A DNA stretch of 64,000 bases from Narcine bancroftii (Eukaryota). A program made the position numbers and the translations under genes. Of this stretch, positions 37,713 through 49,220 are shown piece after piece (position 1 is the stretch's first letter; each line of letters starts with the position of its first letter). The notes under the pieces were generated by a model. It did not search any database. It was not told the DNA's origin and saw only the letters and a program-made list of their open reading frames with translations. Location: positions 174,344,001-174,408,000 of the forward strand of contig NC_091474.1 of the NCBI RefSeq assembly GCF_036971445.1, in the 5' to 3' direction.

Positions 37713-39736
37713 TAGGACTCAATCACATGTTGAATAGCTGCAAGAGTCAATTCTTAATTTCATTTTGGCCCATACTGACGTGCAGTTAAGATGATGGTGG
37801 TGGGGAGAAAATTTGGATATTGCTGGATTTTATAACGTAGCTATAATGTGAGTCGGGTGAATGATGTGGGCCATAAATGAGATCCTGGGATGGGGCTAAG
37901 ACATGGAATGGCGATGAAGATGTAGAAATTATAACTGAAATTACGGGCCTTTTTTGTGATGGTGGTTTAAGATATGATGGAGATCAGAATTCAAACTGAG
38001 TTGAAGGTTTATTTAATCATGGGGGAGAGAAACACTCTTACTCCTCTTGTCCCATAACTCCAAACCTGTTTTTTTTTCTCAATCAGAATTCACAGCAAAA
38101 GAAAAAACCCATTCTATTTACAATAAAAAAAACACCATGGTGCCTAATCCTTCTTCATCTCCAGACCTTTCTGTGGTCCTTGAATTTCAAAGATATTTTT
38201 CCCAAAGGCTTGGGATTTCTCATCCCTCTCAAAAGCCAGGTTCCCAAGAAAGATTTGAATTAAAAAAAAAACAATTGAGCAGAGTGGCCTCATTAGTAAT
38301 TTTATATTACGATCCTGATTCTTCAGGCTTAGCTTCAGTTTGTGAAATAAAAGCATCTGCTCCATGCCTTTGCCTTTATTTCACCCACCCAAGGAAGTTT
38401 AAAATGACCACGTATATTATAACTGCTGGAATCAATAGCAAGATTAGTAGCACTTGCCATCCTGCTAAATTTGCGTTTGCGAATATAACTTGGACCCTTC
38501 AGGTGAAAACATACACTACATCATATCTCTGCCAAATATTTACACCTGGTTTTCATGTACACTCCACAGATCTGGTCCCAGAAGACACCGTAAATTTCAG
38601 AACCCAAGCAAGTAGGGAAAAGATAAACGGTCGTCAGGTGGATAGATTTATCCAAAAGCAGGTCAGAATTAGATTTTAGGTTTCAGATTTATTGTCAGAG
38701 TACATCCCTGAGATTCTTTTTTCCTGTGGGCGTGGCAGAATTGCCACTAATTTGTAGTGCAAAAAAAACTACACAGCGTAAACAAAGAACTGTAAAGGTA
38801 ATTGATGTAAACAAAATGTAGAGAGAACAAAAAAAACCCAATAAATTGCACAAGTAAGAGTTCTTAAATGAGTCTCTGATTGAGTTTGTCGTTGTGGAGT
38901 TTGATGGTGGAGGGGTAGAAGCTGCTCCTGAACCTGGTGGTGCGAGTCTTGTGGCACCTGTACCTCTTTCCTGATGGCAGCAGCGAAAATAGAGCATGTT
39001 CTGGGTGGTGAGGGTCTTTGATGATTGCTGCTGGTCTTCAACAGCAGCTTATCCTGTAGATGTACTCAATAGTGGGGAGGGTTTTGCCTGAAATGTCCTG
39101 GGCTCTGTCTACTACCTTTTGGAATGTTTACACTCAGGGGTATTGGTGACCCCATACCAGACTGTGATGCAGCTGGTCACTACACTTTCCACCACACCTC
39201 TGTAGAAATCTGCCAGGTTCTCAGGTGTCATTTGAAACTTCTGCCAACTCCTGAGGAAGTAGATGCTCTGATGTGCTTTCTTCACAATGACCAGGAAAGA
39301 TCCTCCAAGACCGTGACTCCCAAGTACTTAAAATTGCTTATCCTCTCCACCTCTGATCCCCCAGTGATCACCGGATTGTAAACCCTGGCTTTCCTTTGCT
39401 GAAGTCAACAATCAGCTCCTTTTTTTTTTGAAACTTTATTTAAAGATTTTATCACATGAATAAAACAAAAAAAATTACATTTAAAGAAAAATAAAAATAA
39501 TTATTACAACACAGCATTAATAACCTTAATCTAACCCCCCCCCATATATACGGCCACTAAAAAAAAACTATATATATAAAAAGAAACCCCACCCTCCCCC
39601 CCAAAATAAAGAGTGAAGAATTAATAAAGTTAGTAATATTATATATAAAAAAACACTCACAAACAAAAGAAAATAACAAGTAAAAATATTAATTAAAAAA
39701 AGTTATCAAATCTAAAATATCACACATAAAACATAT

Positions 39737-42700
39737 TTAAATCAAACTTAATTGCATGTACTTAACAAATGGAGTCCACTTCAGCTTATAAAAAGACATC
39801 TTATCTTGAATTGAAAAAGATATCTTTTCCATAATTAAACAAGACTTCATCTCTAAATACCACCTATCTAAGGTTAGTATATTTCTATCTTTCCAAGTAA
39901 GCGCTATACATTTCTTAGCCACCGCTAAGGCTAAATAGATAAAAGAAATCTGATAATCATTTAAGCCTAAGTCAATTAATGATTGCATATTCCCTAATAA
40001 AAATATATCAGGATCTAATACAACATAGATATTATATAAACTATTAAATATAGATTGAATACCTTTCAAAAACTGTTGCAATCGATCACAGAACCAAACT
40101 GTATGTAAAAAAGTATTAGCCGTCTGATCACAACGAAAACAACAATCTACCTTACTAAGACCAAACTTTTTTAATTTCTCCGGTGTTAAATATAATTGAT
40201 GTATAAAATTATAGTTAATCATCGCTAATCTAGCATTAATCAATTTCCGAATACTATTCTGACAAATTTCCATCCAGGCTTCTTCAGCTATTATAGAACC
40301 TAAATCTTTTCAACTTATCTTTATCCCAATCTATCTTATTTTCATTTTCTTGTAAAATACAATACAAATCAGATATATACCCCTTTTTTGGTATGGAAAG
40401 TACATATTTCTCAAAACTAGTTTCAGGCAATAAAATCATATGTTGGCCACATACCTGTTTTACAAATGATCTTAACTGATAATATACAAATACAGAATTT
40501 CCACTAATACCAAATTTCCTTTGTAATTCCTCAAAAGAACAAAAACATCCTTCAAAAAAACAATCTGATAACTTTTTTATTCCTTTCCTTTCCCATTGTT
40601 TCAAAGTAATGTTGGAGACTGTAAAAAGAACAAGTTGATTATTATATAATGGCAATCACCCAGACCATTTATTCTTAAGCCCCAATTTATTAAGTTTACT
40701 TGTCCATAAATTCAATAAATGTTTCAATATTGGTACATCATAAGTTTGTAATAAATTTTTATTCCATCGAAACAAAAACTCGTGGAAATTTTTCTAAAAT
40801 AACTGCCATTTCTATCTTTGCCCAACTAGGTGGGTCCTCCGTATTCATTAATGCACTAAGAAATTTAAATTGAGTTGCCTCATAATAATATTGAAAATTT
40901 GGTAGTCTCAAACCTCCAAATTGAAAGTCCCACATCAACTTTCTCATTGCTACCCTCGGAAATTTTCCCTTCCATAAGAAATCTCTAACTGCTTTATATA
41001 AATCCTTAAAAAAGCTTTTTTTTAAATAAGGAATTGATTGAAACAAATACGGTATCCGAGGAAAAATATTCATTTTTATAGTGTTAATCCTCCCCAATAA
41101 ACCTAAAGGTAAATCCTTCCACCTAATCAAGTCTAACTTAATCTTTTTTATTAAAGGAAGATAATTAATTGAAAATAAATCTTGATATTCTGTATTAACA
41201 TTAATTCCTAAATATTTAATGTTTAGTCCACTTCAAATTTATAATATTTTTATATATTGAATAATCATCTTTACAAATTGACAAAATTTCACTTTTAACC
41301 CAGTTTACCTTATAACCAGATAATTGACCATAATTTTCTAGAGATTCTTGAATTGCTGGTAAAGAAATATCAGGATCCATCAAATATAATAAAACATCAT
41401 CAGCAAATAGATTAATCTTATATTCCTCATTCAAAACTCTCATACCCTTAACATTTTCATTTTGACGTATTAATTGTGCCAAAGGTTCAATAACTATAGC
41501 AAATAAAGCAGGTGACAATGGACATCCTTGCCTAGTAGACCTTGTTAAATCAAAAGATTCTGAAATCTGCCCATTAGTAGCAACTCTACCCTTCGGACTA
41601 TTATATAAAGCCTTTATCAATCCAATAAACAAGGAACCAAAACAAAATTTTTCAAGTACTTTCAATAAAGACTTCCATTCCACTCTATCAAAAGCCAACG
41701 AAACCACTATTGGATAATTCATTTGAGATTTAGATTTGTTTATCAAAGTTATTAAACGCAAAATATTATCAGATGCATATCTATTTTTTATAAATCCTGT
41801 TTGGTCTTTATGTATTATTTTAGGTAAATATTGAGCTAATCTATTAGCCATAACTTTAGCTACAATTTTATAATCCACATTTAACAACGATATTGGTCGA
41901 TAAGAAGAAACCTGTAAAGGATCTTTATCTTTTTTTGGTATAACTGTAATTATAGCATTAGAGCAAGATTCAGGTAATTGAAAAGTTTTATAAATTTGCT
42001 GTATTACATCCTTATAAATAGAAGATATATCAACATAAAAAGTTTTATAAAACTCTATAGAAAACACATCTTCACCAGGTGCCTTGCCATTTGGCATCTC
42101 TCTTATTGCCATTACAATTTCATTTTCTGTAAAAGATTTATCCAACTCTTATCTATCCTCTTGATTCAGTTGTGGCAATGTAATATTTTTCAAAAAAGAA
42201 TCTATTGCATCTTCAGTTACATCCTTATATTCTGAAGTATATAATTTTAAAAAAATACAAAATTCCTCATTAATTTCTTTTTGTCTAAAAGTAATACCCG
42301 ATTTCTTTCTAATTGCTGGTATAATCCTAAATAATTGTTCTTTTTTCAACTGCCATGAAAGCACTTTATGAGCTTTCACACCCCATTCATAAAACTTATG
42401 TTTAGTTCGATTCATTAAACATTCAAACCGATATGTTTGTAATTCATTATATTTAAATTTTAAATTAGTTAATTGATTCTTTTGCATTTCAGTAGGATTT
42501 TTTTGAAATTCTTTTTCAGTTACAGTTATCTTTTTCTCTAAATCTTCAATCTCTCTGATTCTCTCTTTCTTTACTTTAGAAGCATAACTAATAATTTGAC
42601 CTCGTAAAAAAGCTTTCATTGCATCCCATAAAACAAAATGACTAGAAACAGAATTAATATTATTACTAATAAAAACCTCAATTTGATTTTTTAGATAACT

Positions 42701-43474
42701 AATAAATTCTGGTTTTTGTAATAACATAGTATTAAATCTCCATCTTGAGGTTCTCTGAACATCTTGCGAACTCTGATATTCTAATAATAGTAATGAATGA
42801 TCTGAAACCAACCTTGCCTTATAATCCACAGATATAACCCTATCTTGCAAATGCGTTGAAATTAAAAAATAATCAATTCTTGAAAAAGAATTACGGCGTG
42901 AAGAATAAAAAGAAAAATCTTTCTCTGTAGGATTAAATCTTCGCCAAATATCAACTAAATTCAAATCTGTCATCATGTTAGTCACTTGAACTGCCATTTT
43001 AGATTTCTTAATTGCTCTTGGATACTTGTCCAATAAAGGCTCCAATACCACATTTAAATCTCCCCCAATCATCACATTAGAATTTGCTTGTCCAAGTAAT
43101 AAAGATATATCCACAACAAAAGCTGTATCCTCAACATTTGGAGCATAAACATCAAGCAAAGTCCAAGCCTCGTTAAAGATTGTACAATTCAGTTTTAATC
43201 ATCTTCCACCATTTTTCTCTTCATTCTGTAACTGAAATGGTAGATTCTTGTGCACCAAAATTGCCACTCCTTTTGCCTTTGAATTAAATGAATAATAAAA
43301 AACTTGTCCAACCCATTCACGTTTAAGTTTCAAATGTTCCTTATCCGTTAAATGAGTTTCCTGCAAAAAAGCCACATCAACTTTTAATTTTTTTAAATAA
43401 GCAAGTACTTTCTTACGCTTAATAGGATTATTTAAACCCTGGACATTAAGAGAAGCGAACTTTAATTTAGACAT
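39737..43474 (-). pseudogene. L1 ORF2 (APE endonuclease, RT, CCHC), fragmented
   Basis: SLNVQGLN, FLQETHL, GGDLN, SRIDY, SDH, SYRPISLLN, RQGCPLSP, LFADD, CFRC..HTVWFC. There is an in-frame TAA at 42149-42151, several frameshifts, and loss of the usual DAEK residues before AFDRV. Confidence 0.93.
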
Positions 43475-43848
43475 TTCTTACAACAACACAAGAGAAAAAA
43501 AAGAAAAAAAACCAAGAAAAAAAAGAAAAAGAAAAAAAAACACCCCTTCCCCTTATCCCCTCTTATAACTACAACAAAAAAAAGAAATTATTTTGTTGAA
43601 AAAAATAATAAAGAAACTTCACTCCTTAATCCAAAAATTAATTTAAAAAAAACAGGTAGGAGGTTACGACTACCTCCTCCTGTCTGAACCGCACAATGCG
43701 GTAACTCCCACAAAATATTGGGTATGAGATAACTCACACGTAGCTGACGACTTCTGGAAAATAATGCCCACCCAGTTCCCTCTCCTAGCTCCCATTTCAC
43801 ACTAAACTATCATCATTATCTAAACCTTCTCAAGAATTTTTTTTAAAT

Positions 43849-45226
43849 TTAATCAGCTTTGTCACTCCGACCACCATTGCTTCCATTTCTTCTTGAAATT
43901 CGGTTCCCATCTTGCATCTCCACTCTCTTCGGAGACCGTGGAGGACTACGTCGTTCCTGGAATTGCGTAATTGGTAACAGTTGAGCAAAGTCCATAGGTT
44001 CTTTAGGGTTATCAAAAAATTTTGGTTGATATCCATCCAGAAAAATCTTCAATACTGCAGGGTATCTAAAAGTTGCTTTATATCCTTTTTTCCATAACAC
44101 TTCTTTCACAGGATTAAATTCACGTTGTTGAGACATAATTTCTTGACTCAAATCTGGATTTAAAAAAAACACGATTGTTCTGGACCATCAAAGGAGATCT
44201 GCTTTGTTGAGCATTTCTAATAGCCACACGCAAAATTGTCTCTCTATCATAATAATTTAAACAACGGACCAGAACAGGTCTTGGATTCTGTCCTTGAAAA
44301 GGCTTTCTTCTCAAAGCTCGATGAGCACGTTCCAGTATTAAACCATCCGGGAACTTATCTTGTCCTAAAACTTGAGGGATCCAATCAGTAAAGAATTTTC
44401 TTGGATCTGGTCCTTCTATATCTTCTGACAATCCAATAATTTTTACGTTGTTCCGTCTAGACTGATTCTCCAAATTATCAACCTTTTTCGCTAAATTTTT
44501 ATTCTGAGTTTGTAAAGTTTCAATTGTTTTATTTACGTCTTGTATTTGGTCTTGCACCTCAACTATACCTTGGTCACAAACATCAAGTCTTTCATTCATT
44601 TCAAGCTTAAAAGCTCCATAATCAACCGTTTGTTGAGTATTAATGTCCACCAAGGTATTAAGCTTGGTATTAACTTGAACCAAAGATTTACCTAACTCTT
44701 TGATTGAAGAAGATAACTTAAATTCAAGATTCTTAATAAGCATATCAACTGGAATAGATTCAGGCAAAATAGGGTCCTGCTGTTTCTGAATAACCAGAGG
44801 GTCTTCTAATCCTTCCCTTAGTTTAACTGCTTTTCTTGCAGTCTGACTCCGTGTAGAAACCCCTACCACAACCTCCTCAGCAATATCAGAAGACTGGTAT
44901 TCAGGGTTATCCTTAACCCATATTACATCAAGAGCCTTCATTACATCAAGATCTATTGAAGTCTTCATAACTGGTGGTGCATTTCGCAGCGCCACCGCTA
45001 CATCGATCGGTGGACGTCTCTTTAAAGTCGGGTCTTCAGCTGGCGGCGTCCCAGCTGTTTCAACTGTCAAAAGTTCAGTGACAGCGCTCATAGCGGGCGT
45101 TGATTGAAATACACGCGCCTGGCTAGCTCTTTGTTCCAAAGGGTGCCGGGCGCCATCTTTAAAGAGCCCTACCGGTACAGAGCGGAGCTCCTTTGCCGAA
45201 TCCTGCACTTCTCCTCTTGGATCCAT
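43849..45226 (-). pseudogene. L1 ORF1 (coiled coil, RRM, C-terminal domain), frameshifted near 44165
   Basis: LENQSRRNNVKIIGL, ILERAHR and PRPVLVR, then PDLS...FRYPAVLKI in the next frame. The likely original ATG is near 45339, upstream of an A-run frameshift. Confidence 0.92.
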
Positions 45227-45968
45227 TTCACGCTGAGTCCTGGCTTCTTGTAAACAGGTAGGCTCAGATAACTTCGGGAAATGTAATTTCTTAATGATCT
45301 GTTGCCGTTTTCTTTTACTTTTTTACAACAATTGTACCATTAGAAGCTAGTTTAACACCTCTAACTACATAAACTTTTTAGAAAGTTTCAACGGGCACTT
45401 ATAGACAAAACAATAACAAAGAGTCAGGAGAGGACTGGAAGGCACGTCTGATCCTTACGCCATCTTGCCACGCCCCCCCCCAACAATCAGCTCCTTACTT
45501 TTGGCGACATTGAGTACAAATTTTTATTGGTGCACCAATGAGCCAAGTATTCAATCTCCAGCCTGTGTGCTGACTCAACTTTTTTAAATCAACCCACTAT
45601 TGTGATATCGTCGGCAAATTTGTAGATGGTGATGTAGGTGTAAAATGAGTAGAGCAGGGAGCTAAGAACACTGCCCCGTGGTGCTCCGGTACTGATGGAG
45701 ATTGTGGTGAAGAAGTTCTTACCAATCTTCATTGACTCGTCTGGAGGTGAGAAAATCCTTAATCGAATTGCGTAGTGGGGTGTTAATTATGTACTTGTAT
45801 CTGTGTGATTGTTGGGAAAGATTGGGCTCATATTTACTTCAGAATATTGCTTCGAGGAGATTCTGGTCAAGTTGCAATCAGTAATAAAAAAAAAGAGTCT
45901 TAAATTTAAAATTGATTATTTTCTGAATCAGTGTGTGTAAAACTGTGCTGCTGTTAAGTATGCATGTA

Positions 45969-46154
45969 TGGATAGATAAAAAGATGTGTTTGAAGGACAG
46001 TCTTATAGAAGAAGACGACCCTGAACTGAATAGGTTTAAGAGGACATTCTAGAGAGTGGGTGTGGATAGATAAAAAGATGTGTTTGAAGGACAGTCTTAT
46101 AGAAGAAGACGACCCTGAACTGAATAGGTTTAAGAGGACATTCTAGAGAGTGGG
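45969..46154 (+). repeat. 94-bp period tandem duplication (2 copies)
   Basis: tggatagataaaaagatg...ttctagagagtggg at 45969-46060 and 46063-46154; identical by eye. Confidence 0.95.
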
Positions 46155-47109
46155 GGCTTGACCATTGAAGGTATAGTTGCCAATGAAGGAGCAAAGGAGA
46201 GAAGAATGCCATATCCTGCCATTCTATTTTTCCTCTGACACCAATCCAGTGGCAGGATATGGTAAAGGATTGGCTACAAACAGCAGAGTTTTGGATGACC
46301 AGGACTTGAACCATCTCTGACTTGCGTTGTCTGAATCTGAGACTTTAAGAAGAAAGGTATTTTTTATTTGGTCCATTCATGCTGTGCTTTGGACACATAC
46401 AAACTTGCACCCTTTGAACAAGAAAGATAGAGGCTGAACTGTGGGGAAAGCCAGCTTGGCAGGGGTTCATTCAATCAAAGGGTGTTCAAACAGACAAAGC
46501 AATTCATGAATCAGAAATGAGTACTTCAAAGCACAAGTCTGTAACTTTGTTCACCTCAATGAAATTTAAATTAGATGACTGAATCAAAGTGGCAACACTG
46601 GAGGTGATAGGAAAATTATTGCAGAGTAAAGGCTGTAACATACTAGATATCTGTTTCCTCAATTTATATCATCAGTAAGTGGGAATCTCAAAGTCTATTG
46701 CTAATTTTATTCCCTGGCTTTCTTTTAATATCCTGACAGCAAGTGATGATCATACCTTTGATGAAGGGCTCTAGCCCGGAACATTAAAGGATACTGTTTG
46801 ATCTGTTGAGCTTCTCCAGCATTTTGTTTTTTTTTAACATTCAAGACATTCGTCTGACTTCCACAAAATAATGGTCCTTCACCAACCTGCCCATTTTGTA
46901 CACTGACTTGAGTAAATGTTTAACACCTCATTCAATGTGCTGCAAGTTACAGTTTAAATATAATTTAAATCAAGTTTCTGTACAGCAACATTTATAAGAG
47001 TCATAATAGCATGGAACAGTATGTTTTGCCATAACTCATTCATGATCATCAAGTTGGCATTCTGGATTATCCCCTTTGGCCTGCATTTGCTCCATAGCCT
47101 TCTATGGTT

Positions 47110-48520
47110 TCAGCTTATTAACTTCAGTTTGGCTTTTAATACGATCATTCCCCAGAGGCTGGTGGGAAAGCTGTCCTCTCTGGGACTCTTTCTGTAATTC
47201 TATTCTAGACTCCTAACAGAAAGACCACAGTCGGTCTGGGTAGGTTACAGAATGTCGAGCACCGTCACGCTGAACAATCGCGCACTTCAGCTCACTCCTG
47301 TTCACCGACTGACCCTGGACCGCATCGCCAGATCCAGCTCCAACAGTTGTCATCAAGTTTGCAGATGACACAACAGTCGTCGGCCTCATCAGCAACAATG
47401 ATGAGTTGCAACTACAGAGAAGAGGTGGAAAATCTCGAGAACTGTTGTGAGAATAACAACCTGAATCTCAAAGTGGACAAGACAAAGATGATCATAGATT
47501 TCAGGAGGACCAGGAATGACACACTCCACTACACATCAACAACTCTGTACGGGTAGACCCCGACTTCTGGCCCTAATTGGTTCCGAGGAACTGGTCATAT
47601 CTTGAAATGGCAGCATCGGAACTCCACTTTAAACCCCTATATCTTATTAGAGTTCATCAAATCCAACAAGATGTCCCCCAAGCTCTTGCAAAAGGTTGAA
47701 AACAAAGGCCAGTTTTCACGAGAGGTTGGCCACCATTGCCAGAGGTATTATTTTTGAAAAGTAGGCCCCTACTTTCATCAAGAAAGCATTAATGTTTATA
47801 TTACATATTTTTCATTTCTTTTTTTGGTCGTATGTGCAGATAGATGCATGTCGCATCAGTCGCAGGTCGGAGACTACCTGTAGTAGAGAGAATGGACAGC
47901 ACTAAATTCCCTGAAGTTCACTTAACCTATTGTGAACACTCAGAATCTCCTCACTTGTCAGGAAGGTACAACAGCGACTGTACTTCCTGAGAAAACTGAA
48001 GTGGGCAAGGCTACCAGCCACCATTATGTCAACCTTCTACAGGAGCTCTATCAAGAGTGTCTTGGCCGGCTGCAACACAGTGTGGTACGGTTGCTGCAGA
48101 GAAATGGATTGGAGGTCAATCCACAGAATCATAAGTGTGGCAGAGAGGATCACTGGAGCCTCCCTCCCCCCATCAATGTGATCCACCGGAGTTGTCGTCT
48201 GAAGAGGGTACTCAAAATCATTGAGGATCCTTTCTACCCTGCACACAGCATCTTTCAGCTGCTCCCATCAGGGAAGAGATTCAGGAATATCAGAACCAGC
48301 ACCACCAGGCTGAGGAACAGCTTCTTCCCATGGGTAGTGAAAATGCTGAAAGACTAAAGGAACTGCTCACAATAACCATCCGAGGCTCTCATATGTACTA
48401 AACAATACATTTATTTATTTGTATAGATAAAATACTTGTCCTGCATATGTATTGTTTGTCTATAAGCGTTATGTCTGATTATGTATCTACATTTGTGCAA
48501 TCAGTTAACAATAAACTTGA
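47110..48520 (+). mobile_element. Rex1-like LINE fragment interrupted by a MITE
   Basis: AFNTIIP, IKFADDTTVVGLI, IDFRR, FQLLPSGKRFR, RLRNSFFP; tail acaataaacttga. Confidence 0.9.
47550..47880. mobile_element. Tc1/mariner-pogo (Tigger-like) MITE, 331 bp
   Basis: TA|cgggtagaccccgactt ... aggtcggagactacctg|TA. Removing it restores aactctgta-gtagagagaatgg, as seen in the other Rex1 copies. Confidence 0.88.
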
Positions 48521-48789
48521 CCTGTGATCCCTTCAGTTCTGTAAATCTGTCCAAATATCTTTTGAATGTTATTATTGTGCCAGCTTCTAGTTTCTTTTGG
48601 CAGCTCATTCCAAATGCAGACCACTCACAGAGTGAAAAAGTTGCCCCTTAGGTCTCACTTAAATTTCTCCCCTCATCTTAAATCTATTCCCTCTAGTTTC
48701 AGAACAAAGACTGTGAACATTCTCTTTATTATACCCCTCATGATTTTATAAACCCTTATAAGATCGCCCCTCAGCCTTACTCCCCATCG

Positions 48790-49220
48790 CAGTGGTTTTC
48801 AAACTGTCCCCCTAAACTCAATTAAGTATGATTAAAACAGTGGTTTACAAACCTTTTTCTTTCCACTCACATCCACCTTTAGCAATCCCTATGCCATAAG
48901 TGCTCTGTGATTAGAGAGGGATTGCTTAAGGTGGATGTGAGTGGAAAGAAAAAGGTTTGTAAACCACTGTTTTAATCATACTTAATTGATTTGTTATGTG
49001 CACAGTTTCATAACTCCAAAGGAAATGGGTCAAAGACAATTTTTCCCAAGCAAAATATTTAATTAACAATTGGGTCTAGAGCAGTGTTCTCAACCTTCTA
49101 TTCCCACTCATATACCACCTTAAGCAATCCCTTACCAATCACAGAGCACTTATGGCATAGGGATTGCTTAAAGTGCAATGTGAGTTTGGGGGGGCAGGGG
49201 GCATAGTTTGAAAACCACTG
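48790..49220. mobile_element. hAT/Charlie-like MITE with internal palindromes, inserted in a minus-strand CR1 fragment (~48540-49500)
   Basis: TIRs cagtggttttcaaact and agtttgaaaaccactg, plus an internal tctaga-gcagtg junction. No clean 8-bp TSD. Confidence 0.75.

Larger units (their letters stand above)
39421..45480 (-). mobile_element. Full-length L1-clade LINE (6.06 kb), disrupted
   Basis: TSD caacaatcagctcctt at 39406-39421 and 45481-45496. 5' end GGGGGGGGCGTGGCAAGATGGCG; 3' end AATAAA plus poly(A). ORF1 and ORF2 as listed below. Confidence 0.97.
38680..45790 (-). mobile_element. Rex1-like LINE fragment split by the L1 insertion (pieces 38680-39420 and 45497-45790)
   Basis: Minus strand gives TGAPRGSVLSSLLY and YKFADD (45600-45700), then ELIVDFSK, FKYLGVT and the tail tactctgacaataaatctga. 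The sequence is continuous across the L1 TSD. Confidence 0.85.

Noticed and set aside
38047-38679. 210-aa plus-strand ORF
   Set aside because: Non-ATG start, no recognisable domain or splice context, and it ends at a TE boundary; likely a chance ORF.
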